A stretch of DNA of 64,000 nucleotides from Eledone cirrhosa (GCA_964016885.1 OZ024757.1:43338001-43402000); one strand, 5' to 3'. Positions 15,001 to 27,860 are shown, counted from the stretch's first letter. Notes: generated from the sequence alone by a model not told the origin. Translations and numbers: made by a program.

Positions 15001-17789
15001 CCGCCTGACTGTACTGCGCATGCATCAAGGTCCCAGTACCGTACTGCGCATGCACCAAGACCGCCGGACCGTAGTGCGCATGCGCCTGAGCCGCCGAACC
15101 GTAGTGCGCATGCGCCAAGGCCGCCGGACCATACTGCGCATGCGCCAAGGCCGCCAGGCCGTAGTGCGCATGCGCCAAAGACGCCGGGCCGTAGTGCGCA
15201 TGCGCCAAGGCCACCTGACTGTACTGCGCATGCGTCAAGGTCGCAGTACCGAACTGCGCATGCGCTAAGGCCGCCGGACCGTACTGCGCATGCGCCAAGG
15301 CCGCCTGACTGTACTGCGCATGCGTCAAGGTCGCAGTACCGAACTGCGCAGGCGTTAAGGCCGCCGGACTGTACTGCGCATGTGCCAAGGCCGCCGGACC
15401 GTAGTGCGCATGCGCCAAGGCCGCCTGACTGTACTGCGCATGCATCAAGGTCCCAGTACCGTACTGCGCATGCACCAAGACCGCCGGACCGTAGTGCGCA
15501 TGCGCCAGAGCCGCCGAACCGTAGTGCGCATGCGCTAAGGCCGCCGGACCATACTGCGCATGCGCCGAAGACGCCGGACCGTAGTGCGCATGCGCCAAGG
15601 CCACCTGACTGTACTGCGCATGCGTCAAGGTCGCAGTACCGAACTGCGCATGCGCTAAGGCCGCTGGACCGTACTGCGCATGCGCCAAGGCCGCCTGACT
15701 GTACTGCGCATGCGTCAAGGTCGCAGTACCGAACTGCGCATGCGTTAAGTACGCCGGACCGTACTGCGCATGTGCCAAGGCCGCCGGACCGTAGTGCGCA
15801 TGCGCCAAGACCGCCGGACCGTAGTGCGCATGCGCCAAGGCCGCCTGACTGTACTGCGCATGCGTCAAGGTCCCAGTACCGAACTGCGCATGCGCTAAGG
15901 CCGCCGGACCGTACTGCGCATGCGCCAAGGCCGCCGGACCGCAGTGCGCATGCGCCAGAGCCGCCGAACCCTAGTGCGTATGCGTCAAGGTCGCCGGACC
16001 ATACTGCGCATGCGCCAAGCCCGCCGGACCGTAGTGCGCATGCGCTAAGGCCGCCGAACCGTACTGCGCATGCGCCAAAGCAGCTGGACCGTAGTGCGCA
16101 TGCGCCAAGGCCGCCGGACCGTACTGCACATGCGCCAAGTACGCAGGACCGTAGTGCGCATGCGCCAAAGCCACCGGACCGTAGTGCGCATGCGACAAGG
16201 CCGCAGTACCGTAGTGCGCATGCGCCAAGGCCACATGACCGTAGTGCGCATGCGCCAAGGCTGCCGGACCGTAGTGCGCATGCGCCAAGGCCGCCGGATC
16301 GTAGTGCGCATGCGCCAAAGCCGCCGAACCGTAGTGCGCATGCGCCAAGGCCGCCGATACATAGTGCACATGCGCCAAGGCCGTCGGACCATAGTGCGCA
16401 TGCGCCAAAGCCGCCGGACCGTAGTGCGCATGTGCCGAGGCCGCCTGACTGTACTGCGCATGCATCAAGGTCGCAGTACCGAACTGCGCATGCGCTAAGG
16501 CCACCGGACCGTACTGCGCATGCGCCAAGGCCACCTGACTGTACTGCGCATGCGTCAAGGTCGCAGTACCGAACTGCGCATGCGCTAAGGCCGCCGGACC
16601 GTACTGCGCATGCGCCAAGGCCGCCGGACCGTAGTGCGCATGCGCCAAGACCGCCTGACTGTACTGCGCATGCATTAAGGTCCCAGCACCGTACTGCGCA
16701 TGCACCAAGACCGCCGGACCGTAGTGCGCATGCGCCAGAGCCGCCGAACCGTAGTGCGCATGCGCCAAGGCCGCCGGACCATACTGCGCATGCGCCAAGG
16801 CCGCCGGACCGTAGTGCGCATGCGCCAAAGACGCCGGACCGTAGTGCGCATGCGCCAAGGCCACCTGACTGTACTGCGCATGCGTCAAGGTCGCAGTACC
16901 GAACTGCGCATGCGCTAAGGCCGCCGGACCGTACTGCGCATGCGCCAAGGCCGCCTGACTGTACTGCGCATGCGTCAAGGTCGCAGTACCGAACTGCGCA
17001 TGCGTTTAGGCCGCCGGACCGTACTGCGCATGTGCCAAGGCCGCCGGACCGTAGTGCGCATGCGCCAAAGCCGCCGAACCGTACTGCGCATGCGCCAAGG
17101 CCGCCGGACCGTAGTGCGCATGCGCCAAGGCCGCCTGACTGTACTGCGCATGCGTCAAGGTCCCAGTACCGAACTGCGCATGCGCTAAGGCCGCCGGACC
17201 GTACTGCGCATGCGCCAAGGCCGCCGGACCGCAGTGCGCATGCGCCAGAGCCGCCGAACCGTAGTGCGCATGCGTCAAGGTCGCCGGACCATACTGCGCA
17301 TGCGCCAAGCCCGCCGGACGGTACTGCGCATGCTCCAAGACCGACGGATCGTACTGCGCATGCCCCAAGGCCGTCGGACCGTAGTGCGCATGTGCTAAGG
17401 CCGCCAGACCGTAGTGCGCATGCTCCAAGACCGCCGGATCTTACTGCGCATGCCCCAAGGCCGGTGGACCGTAGTGCGCATGTGCCAAGGCCGCCAGACC
17501 GTAGTGCGCATGCGCCAAGGCCGCCGAACCGTACTGCGCATGCGCCAAGGCCGCCGGACCTTTGTGCGCATGCGGTTCGGCGGCCTCGGCGCATGCGCAC
17601 TACGGTCCGGCGACCTTCCCGCATGCGCACTGCGTTCCGGTGGCCTTGGCGCATGCGCACAACGGTCCGGCGGCCTTGGCGCATGCGCACTACGGTCCGG
17701 CGGCCTTGGCGCATGCGCACTACGGTTCGGCGGCTTTGGTGCATGCGCACTACGGTCTGGCAGCATTGGCGCATGCGCACTACGGTCCG

Positions 17790-18905
17790 TCTAATTTATG
17801 ATGACGTTTCATCCATTTTATTCATTTCTGAAGACCTTTTAGACATTTTATTGTCTTTTTAGTCATTATGATGCCATTTCATCCATTTTAGTGCAATTGT
17901 AGCCATTTACGATGTCGTTTTACCCATTTTAGTGATTTATAATGACGTTTAAGCAATTTTATGTAGTTTTAGTCATTTACGATATCGTTTTAGCCATTTT
18001 AGTCATTGATGATGACGTTTTAGTCATTTATGATGCAGTTTTAGCCATTCTGTTGTAATATGGCAACATAAATGATTAAATGGCTCTAAAATGGCTAAAA
18101 CGGACTCATATTTGACTAAAATGACTCTAAAACGACTAAAATGACTCGTAAATGAGTAAAACGGCATAAAAATTGACTAATATGACACTAAAATGGCTAA
18201 ATCAGCATCATAATTCACTAAAATGACTCTAAAACGAGTAAAATGACAAAAATGACTCGTAAATGAGTAAAACGGTATCATAAATGACTAAAATAACTCT
18301 AGAAAGGCTACAACAGCATCATAAATGATTAAAATGACTCTAAAACGACTAAAACGTCTAAAATGACAAAAATGGCTCTAATATAGCTTAAACTGCATCA
18401 TAAATGACTAAAACGACTAAAATGACTCCGAAATGGCTAAAAATGACATTATAAATGACTAAAATGACGAAATTGGCTAAAACGTCATGATAAATGACTT
18501 AAATGTCTTAACCGTCATCATAAATGGCTAAAAGGACATCGTAAATGAATAAAATTACACTAAAATTGCTTAAACGTCATCATAATGACTGAAACGGCTA
18601 AAACGACATCGTAAATGGCTAAAATGACACTAAAGTGGCTAAAACGGACTGTTAAATTGCTAAATTGTCTCTAAAATGGCTAAAACGTCTTCATAAATAA
18701 ATAAAATGGCTAAAACGTCATCATAAATGACTACAACGTCATCATAAACGACTAAAATGGCAAAAACGACATCGTATATTACTAAAATTACACTAAATTG
18801 ATTGAAATGGAATCATGATAACTAAAAAGACAATATAATGTCTAAAACCTCTTCATAAATGAATAAAATGACTAAATAGGACTGTTAAATGACTAAAATG
18901 ACTAA
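17790..18905. repeat. AT-rich satellite block (10-bp subunits TTTTAGYCAT, ~30-bp unit) with an internal strand flip at ~18060
   Basis: Repeated ttttagtcat/ttttagccat/ttatgatgacg. Switches to the A-rich strand at ctgttgtaatatggcaaca. Nearly identical to 22400-23517. Confidence 0.92.
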
Positions 18906-21900
18906 ACGACCGTACTGCGCATGCGCCAAGGCCGCCGGACCGTACTGCGCATGCGCCAAGGACGCCGGACCGTAGTGCGCATGCGCCAAAGCCACCGGAC
19001 TGTAGTGCGCATGCGCCATGGTCGCATGACCGTAGTGCGCATGCGCCAAGGCCTCCCTACCGTAGTGCGCATGGGCCAAAGCCGCCTGACCGTACTGCGC
19101 ATGCGCCATGTCCGCAGTACCGTACTGCGCATGCGACAAGGCCGCAGTACCGTAGTGCGCATGCGCCAAGGCCACATGACCGTAGTGCGCATGCGCCAAG
19201 GCCGCTGGACCGTAGTGTGCATGCGCCAAGGCCGCCGGATCGTAGTGCGCATGCGCCAAAGCCGCCGAACCGTAGTGCGCATGCGCCAAGGCCGCCGATA
19301 CATAGTGCACATGCGCAAAGTCCGTCGGACCATACTGCGCATGCGCCAAGACCGCCAGACCGTACTGCGCACGCGCCGAGACGGCCGGACCGTAGTGCGC
19401 ATGCGCCAGAGCCGCCGAACCGTAGTGCGCATGCGCCAAGGCCGCTGGACTATACTGCGCATGCGCCAAGGCGGCCGGACCGTACTGCGCATGCGCCAAG
19501 GCCGCCTGACTGTACTGCGCATGCGTCAAGGTCGCAGTACCGAACTGTGCATGCGCTAGGGCCGCCGGACCGTACTGCGCATGCGCCAAGGCCGCCGGAC
19601 CGTAGTGCGCATGTGCCAAGGCCGCCTGACTGTACTGCGCATGCGCCAAAGACGCCGAACCATCGTGCCCATGCGCCAAGACCGCCAGACCGTACTGCGC
19701 ACGCTCCTAGACGACCTATTCGTACTGCGCATGCCCCAGGGCCGTCGGACCGTAGTGCGCATGCGCCAAAGCCGTCGAACCATAGTGCGCATGTGCCATG
19801 GCCGCATGACCGTAGTGCGCATGCGCCAAGGCCGCCCGACCGTAGTGCGCATGGGCCAAAGCCGCCCGACCGTACTGCGCATGAGCCAAGTCCGCAGTAC
19901 CGTACTGCGCATGCGACAAGGCCGCAGTACCGTACTGCGCATGCGAAACGGCCGCAGTACCCTAGTGCGCATGCGCCAAGGCCATCGGACCGTAGTGCGC
20001 ATGAGTCAAGGCCGCCGGATGGTAGTGCGCATGCGCCAAGGCCACCGGACCGTACTGCGCATGTGCCAAGGCCGCCGGACCGTAGTGCGCATGCGCCAAA
20101 GCCGCTGAACCGTGGTGCGCATGCGCCCAGGCCGCCGGACCGTAGTGCGCATGCGCCAGGGCCGCCTGACTGTACTGCGCATGCGTCAAGGTCCCAGTAC
20201 CGATCTGCGCATGCGCTAAGGCATCCGGACCGTAGTGCGCATGCGCCAAGGCGGCCGGACCGTAGTGCGCATGCGCCAAGGCCGCCGGATCATACTGCGC
20301 ATGCGCGAAGACTGCCGGACCGTAGTGCGCATGCGCCAAGGCCGCCTGACTGTACTGCGCATGCGTCAACGTCGCAGTACCGAACTGCGCATGCGCCAAG
20401 GCCGCCGGACCGTACTGCGCATGCGCCAAGGCCGCCGGACCGTAGTGCGCATGCGCCAAGTCCGCCTGACTGTACTGCGCATGCATCAAGGTCCCAGTAG
20501 CGTACTGCGCATGCGCCAAGGCCGCCGGACCGTAGTGCGCATGCGCCAGAGCCGCTGAACCGTAGTGCGCATGCGCCAAGGCCACCGGACCATAATGCGC
20601 ATGCGCCAAGGCCGCCGGACCGTAGTGCGCATGCGCCAAGGCCGCCTGACTGTACTGCGCATGCGTCAAGGTCGCAGTACCGAACTGCGCATGCGCCAAG
20701 GCCGCCGGACCGTACTGCGCATGCGCCAAGGCCGCCGGACCGTAGTGCGCATGCGCCAAGGCCGCCTGACTGTACTGCGCATGCATCAAGGTCCCAGTAG
20801 CGTACTGCGCATGCGCCAAGGCCGCCGGACCGTAGTGCGCATGCGCCAGAGCCGCTGAACCGTAGTGCGCATGCGCCAAGGCCACCGGACCATACTGCGC
20901 ATGCGCCAAGGCCGCCGGACCGTAGTGCGCATGCGCCAAGGCCGCCTGACTGTACTGCGCATGCGTCAAGGTCGCAGTACCTAACTGCGCATGCGCTAAG
21001 GCCGCCGGACCGTACTGCGCATGCGCCAAGGCCGCCTGACTGTACTGCGCATGCGTCAAGGTCGTAGTACCGAACTGCGCATGCGCTAGGGCCGCCGGAC
21101 CGTACTGCGCATGCGCCAAGGCCGCCGGACCGTAGTGCGCATGCGCCAAGGCCGCGTGACTGTACTGCGCATGCATCAAGGTCCCAGTACCGTACTGCGC
21201 ATGCACCAAGGCCGCCGGACCGTAGGGCACATGCGCCAGAGCCTTAGCGCATGCGCAGTAAGGTCCGGCGGCCTTGGCGCATGAGCACTAAGGGCCAGCG
21301 GTCTTTGCGCATGCGCACAACGGTCCGGCGGCCTTGGCGCATGCGCACTACGGTCCGGCGGCCTTGGCGCATGCGCACTACGGTCCGACGGCCATGGCGC
21401 ATGTGAACTATGTATCGGCGGCCTTGGCGCATGCGCACTACGGTCCGGCGGCCTTGGCGCATGAGCAGTACGGCCCGGCGACCTTGGCGCATGCGCACTA
21501 CGGTCTAGCGGCCTTGGCGCACGCGCACTACGGTCCGGCGGTCTTGGCGCATGCGCACTACGGTCCGGCGGTCTTGGCGCATGCGCACTACGGTCCGGCG
21601 ACCTTGCCGCATGCGCACTACGTTCCGGTGGCCTTGGCACATGCGCAGTACGGCCCGGTGGCTTTAGCGCATGCGCACTACGGTCTGGCAGACTTGGCGC
21701 ATGCGCACTACGGTCCGATGGCCTTGGCGCATGCGCACTACTTTCTGGTGGCCTTGGCGCATGCGCAGTACGGTCCAGTGGCCTTGGCGCATGCGCACAA
21801 CGGTCCGGCGGCCTTGGCGCATGCGCACTACGGTCCGGCGGCTTTTGTGCATGCGCACTACGGTCTGGCAGCATTGGCGCATGCGCACTACGGTCCGGCG

Positions 21901-22047
21901 GCCTTGGCGCATGCGCAGTACGGCCCGGCGGCCTTGGCTCATGCGCACTACGGTCCGGCGGCCTTGGCGCATGCGCACTACGGTTCGGAGGCCTTGGCGC
22001 ATGCGCACTACGGTCCGACGTCCTTGACGCATGTGCAGTACGGTCCG

Positions 22048-25000
22048 GATGACTTTTTAGCCATTTTAAGCCTTTATGTTGCCATATTTAGCCATTTTTG
22101 AGTCATTTTAGTAATTTATGATTAAGTTTAACCATTTTAGAGCCATTTATAGTCATTTTAGACGTTTCAGTCGTGTTAGAGTCATTCTAGTCAATTATGA
22201 TACGGTTTTAGCATTTTATTGTCACTTTAGTCATTTATTATGCCGTCTTAGCCATTTTGTTGTAATTTCAGTCATACATGATGACATTTCGGCCATGTTA
22301 GTCCTTTGTGATGACGTTTAACAATTTTAGTCATTCATAATGACGTTTTATTCATTTTAGTCACTTATGATGTCATTTTAGCCCTTTTAGTGTTATTTTA
22401 GTAATTTATGATGACGTTTCATCCATTTTATTCATTTCTGAAGACCTTTTAGACATTTTATTGTCTTTTTAGTCATTATGATGCCATTTCATCCATTTTA
22501 GTGCAATTGTAGCCATTTACGATGTCGTTTTACCCATTTTAGTGATTTATAATGACGTTTAAGCAATTTTATGTAGTTTTAGTCATTTACGATATCGTTT
22601 TAGCCATTTTAGTCATTGAGGATGACGTTTTAGTCATTTATGATGCAGTTTTAGCCATTCTGTTGTAATATGGCAACATAAATGATTAAATGGCTCTAAA
22701 ATGGCTAAAACGGACTCATATTTGACTAAAATGACTCTAAAACGACTAAAATGACTCGTAAATGAGTAAAACGGCATAAAAATTGACTAATATGACACTA
22801 AAATGGCTAAATCAGCATCATAATTCACTAAAATGACTCTAAAACGAGTAAAATGACAAAAATGACTCGTAAATGAGTAAAACGGTATCATAAATGACTA
22901 AAATAACTCTAGAAAGGCTACAACAGCATCATAAATGATTAAAATGACTCTAAAACGACTAAAACGTCTAAAATGACAAAAATGGCTCTAATATAGCTTA
23001 AACTGCATCATAAATGACTAAAACGACTAAAATGACTCCGAAATGGCTAAAAATGACATTATAAATGACTAAAATGACGAAAGTGGCTAAAACGTCATGA
23101 TAAATGACTTAAATGTCTTAACCGTCATCATAAATGGCTAAAAGGACATCGTAAATGAATAAAATTACACTAAAATTGCTTAAACGTCATCATAATGACT
23201 GAAACGGCTAAAACGACATCGTAAATGGCTAAAATGACACTAAAGTGGCTAAAACGGACTGTTAAATTGCTAAATTGTCTCTAAAATGGCTAAAACGTCT
23301 TCATAAATAAATAAAATGGCTAAAACGTCATCATAAATGACTACAACGTCATCATAAACGACTAAAATGGCAAAAACGACATCGTATATTACTAAAATTA
23401 CACTAAATTGATTGAAATGGCATCATGATAACTAAAAAGACAATATAATGTCTAAAACGTCTTCATAAATGAATAAAATGACTAAATAGGACTGTTAAAT
23501 GACTAAAATGACTAAACGACCGTACTGCGCATGCGCCAAGGCCGCCGGACCGTACTGCGAATGCGCCAAGGCCGCCGGACCGTAGTGCGCATGCGCCAAG
23601 GCCACCGAACCGTACTGCGCATGAGCCAAAGCCGCCGAACCGTAGTGCGCATGCGCCAAGGCCGCCGAACCGTACTGCGCATGCGCCAAGGCCGCCGCAC
23701 CGTACTGCGCATGCGCCAAGACCGCCGGATCGTACTGCGCATGCAATTATGATACGGTTTAAGCATTTTATTGTCACTTTAGTCATTTATTATGCCGTGT
23801 TAGCCATTTTGTTGTAATTTCAGTCATTTATGATGACATTTCGGCTATTTTAGTCCTTTTTGATGACGTTTAACAATTTTAGTCATTCATAATGACGTTT
23901 TATCCATTTTAGTCACTTATGATGCCATTTTAGCCCTTTTAGTGTCATTTTAGTAATTTATGATGACGTTTTATCCATTATATTCATTTCTGAAGACATT
24001 TTAGACATTTTATTGTCTTTTTAGTCATTATGATGCCATTTCAGCCATTTTAGTGCAATTGTAGCCATTTGCGATGTCGTTTTACCCATTTTAGTGATAT
24101 ATAATGACGTTTAAGCAATTTTTTGTAGTTTTAGTTATTTACGATATCGTTTTAGCCATTTTAGTCATTGATGATGACGTTTTAGTCATTTATGATGCAG
24201 TTTTAGCCATTCTGTTGTAATATGGCAACATAAATGATTAAATGGCTCTAAAATGGCTAAAACAGCATCATATTTGACTAAAATGACTCTAAAACGACTA
24301 AAATGACTCGTAAATGAGTAAAACGGCATAAAAATTGACTAAAATGACACTAAAATGGCTAAAACAGCATCATAATTGACTAAAATGACTTTAAAACGAG
24401 TAAATTGACAAAAATGACTCGTAAATGAGTAAAACGGCATCATAAATGACTGAAATAACTCCAGAACGGCTACAACAGCATCATAAATGATTAAAATGAC
24501 TCTAAAATGACAAAAATGGCTCTATTATAGCTTAAACTGCATCTAAAATGACTAAAACGACTAAAATGACTCCGAAATGGCTAAAAATGGCATCATAAAT
24601 GACTAAAATGACTAAAGTGGCTAAAACGTCATGATAAATGACTTAAATGTCTTAACCGTCATCATAAATGACTAAAATGGCTAAAAGGACATCGTAAATA
24701 AATAAAATTACACTAAAATTGCTTAAACGTCATCATAAACGACTAAAATTGCTAAAACGACATCGTAAATGGCTAAAATGACACCAAAAATGGCTAAAAC
24801 GGACTGTTAAATTGCTAAATTATCTCTAAAATGGCTAAAACGTCTTCATAAATAAATAAATAAAATGGCTAAAACGTCATCATAAATGACTACAACGTCA
24901 TCATAAACGACTAAAATGGCAAAAACGACATCGTAAATTACTAAAATTACACTAAATTGATTGAAATGGCATCATGATAACTAAAAAGATAATATAATGT

Positions 25001-25066
25001 CTAAAACGTCTTCATAAATGAATAAAATGAATAAATAGGACTGTTAAATGACTAAAATGGCTAAAC
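22048..25066. repeat. Two further AT-rich satellite blocks (22048-23517 and 23745-25066) separated by a short GC-satellite island
   Basis: Same sequence and same internal flip (~22670, ~24220) as 17790-18905. The second block is more diverged. Confidence 0.92.
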
Positions 25067-26105
25067 GACCGTACTGCGCATGCGCAAAGGCCGCCGGACC
25101 GTACTGCGCATGCGCCAAGGCCGCCGGACCGTAGTGCGCATGCGCCAAGGCCGTCAAACCGTACTGCGCCAAGGCCGCCGGACCGTACTGCGCATGCGCC
25201 AAGGCCGCCGGACCGTACTGAGCATGCGCCAAAGCCGCCGGACCATACTTCGCATGCGCCAAGGCCGCCGGACCGTAGTGTGCATGCGCCAAGGCCGCCG
25301 AACCGTACTGCGCATGCGCTAAGGCCGCTGGACCGTAGTGCGCATGCGCCAAGACCGCCGGACCGTACTGCGCCCGCTGGATAGTACTGCGCATGCGCCA
25401 AGGCCGCCGGACCTTGGCGCATGCGCAGTACGGTCCGGCGGCCTTGGCGCATGCGCACTACGGTCCGGCGGCCTTGGCGCATGCGCAGTACGGTTGTTTA
25501 ACTATTTTAGTCATTTAACAGTCCGTTTTAGCCATTCTATTCAATGATGAAGACGTTTTAGACATTTTATTGTCTTTTTAGTCATTATGATGCCATTTCA
25601 GTCATTTTAGTGTAATTTTAGTAATTTACGATGTCGTTTTAGCCATTTTAGTCATTTATGATGACATTTTAGCCATTCTGTTGTAATTTCAGTCGTTTAT
25701 GATGACGTTTTAGACATTTAAGTCCTTTTTGATGCGTTTTAGCCATTTTAATCATTTATGTTGCCATACTGCGCATGCGCCAAGGCCGCCGGACCGTAGT
25801 GCGCATGCGCCAAAGCCGCCGACCGTAGTGCGCATGCGCCAAGGCCGCCGGACCGTACTGCGCATGCGCCAAGGCCGCCGGACCGTAGTGCGCATGCACC
25901 AAGACGCCGGACCGTACTGTGCATGCGCCAAAGCCGCCGGACCGTAGTGCGCATGCACCAAGGCCGCCGGACCGTACTGTGCATGCGCCAAAACCGCCGA
26001 ACCGTAGTGCGCATGCGCCAAGGCCACCGGACCTGACTGCGCATGCGCCAAGGCCGCCGGACCGTACTTTGCATGCGCCAAGGCAGCCGGACCGTAGTGC
26101 GCATG

Positions 26106-27860
26106 CCATTTCAGTCATTTTAGTGTAATTTTAGTAATTTACGATGTCGTTTTAGCCAATTTAGTCATTTATGATTTCGTTTTAGCCATTCTATTCATTG
26201 ATGATGACGTTTTAGTCATTTATGATGCCGTTTTAGCCATTCTGTTGTAATTTCAGTCGTTTATGATGACGTTTTAGCCATTTTAATCATTTATGTTGCC
26301 ATATTTAGCCTTTTTGAGTCATTTTAGTCATTTATGATGCAGTTTAACCATTTTAAGTCCTTTTTGATGACGTTTTAGCCATTTTAGTCATTTATGATGA
26401 CGTTTAAGCAATTTTGTTGTAATTTCAGTCATTTATAATGACGTTTTAGCCATTTTAGAGTCTATTTAGCAATTTAACAGTCCTTTTTAGTCATTTTATT
26501 CATTTATGAAGATGTTTAACGTATTTTAGTGTCAATTTATCATTAATGATGCCGTTTTAGACATTTATGATGACGTTTTAGCTATTTTAGTCATTTATGA
26601 TGACGTTTTAGCCATCTTACCCTTTTTTGATGACGTTTTAGCCATTTTAGAGTCAATTTAGCAATTTAACAGTCCGTTTTAGCCATTTTATTCATTAATG
26701 AAGACGTTTTAGACATTTTATTGCCTTTTTAGTCATTTATGATGCGGTTTTAGCCATTTTAAAGTGATTTTAGTCGTTTTAGAGTCATTTTAGTCAATTA
26801 TGATGCCGTTTTAGCCATTTTAGTCATTTGAGATGCTGTTTTAGCCATTTTGTTGTAATTTCAGTCATTCATGATGAGGTTTTAGCCATTTTAGTGTCAA
26901 TATAGTCATTTACGATGTCGTTTTAGCCATTTTAGTCATTTATGGTGACGTTTAAGCAAATTTAGTATAATTTTATTCATTTACGATGTCGTTTTAGCCA
27001 TTTTAGTCATTTAAGCTATTTTAGTCATTTTTTATGACGTTCTAATCATTTATTTTAATGTTTTAGTCATTTCAGTCATTTATGATGCTGTTTTCACCAT
27101 AGTAATTTATGAATCCGTATTAGTCTTTATAGTATCATTTCCGCCATTTAAGTTTTCGTCATTTTAGAGCAATTTTATTTATTTAAGTTGTCGTTTCAGC
27201 CAATTGAGAGTCGTTTTAGTCATTTTTGTGTCAATTTCGCCATTTTGCAGTCATTTTAGTCATTCAAGGAGCCGTTTTAGAGATTTTATTCATTTAAGAG
27301 TCGTTTTAGTCACTCAATGAGCGTTCTAGCTATTTTAGGGTCGATTTAGCAATTTTACAATCGTTTTAGTTATTTTGGGAGACGTTTCAGCCATTTTAGA
27401 GTCATTTTAGCCATTTTACAGTCGTTTTAGTCATTTAAGGAGCCGTTTTAGCCATTTTAGTGTCATTTTACAGTCGTTTTAATAATGTTAGGGTCATTTT
27501 ATCATTTAAGATGTCATTTTAGCCCTGTTAGTGTCGTTTTAGCTATTTAAGAGTCATTTCAGTCATTTGCAGATCCGTTTTAGCAATTTTAGTGTTATTT
27601 TAGAAATCTAAGGTGTCATTTTAGCCATTTTACAGTCGTTTCAGTTATTTAAGGAGCCGTTTTAGCCATTTAAGTATCGACTTGCCCATGTTTCAGTCAT
27701 TTCAATAATTTAAGGTCGTTTAAAGGGTTGCTTTAGATATCTTCAGTTCTTTTATGCATTTTATTATGAGTTATTTTAGTCATTTTAAGTCTCGTTTTAG
27801 TAATTTAAAGAGTTGATGTAGCTAATTCAAGATTTGTTTTAGTCATTTAAAGAGTTTATC
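26106..27860. repeat. Terminal AT-rich satellite, progressively degenerate
   Basis: The ttttagycat periodicity persists but decays into unique AT-rich sequence at ~27.9 kb. Confidence 0.85.

Larger units (their letters stand above)
1..26105. repeat. GC-rich 30-bp tandem satellite (consensus GCGCATGCGCCAAGGCCGCCGGACCGTAGT) in both orientations, interrupted by AT-rich blocks
   Basis: 30-bp periodicity is directly visible. Orientation changes near 504, 1340-1395, 2462, 4447, 5375, 5815-6080, 7198, 8045-8312, 10920, 14328-14595, 17575, 17790-18905, 21240, 22048-23517, 25410 and 25495-25765. The array starts before the window. Confidence 0.97.

Noticed and set aside
1-26105. CRISPR-like look (constant palindrome plus variable linker)
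   Set aside because: Linkers are variants of one sequence, not unique spacers. The context is eukaryotic and there are no cas genes.
113-26128. Long ORFs (AHAHYGPAAL, GACALRSGGL, MRQGRRTVVR repeats) resembling His-rich structural proteins
   Set aside because: A stop-poor 30-bp monomer opens most frames on both strands. Orientation flips, recurring TAA variants and many non-synonymous variants show no coding constraint.
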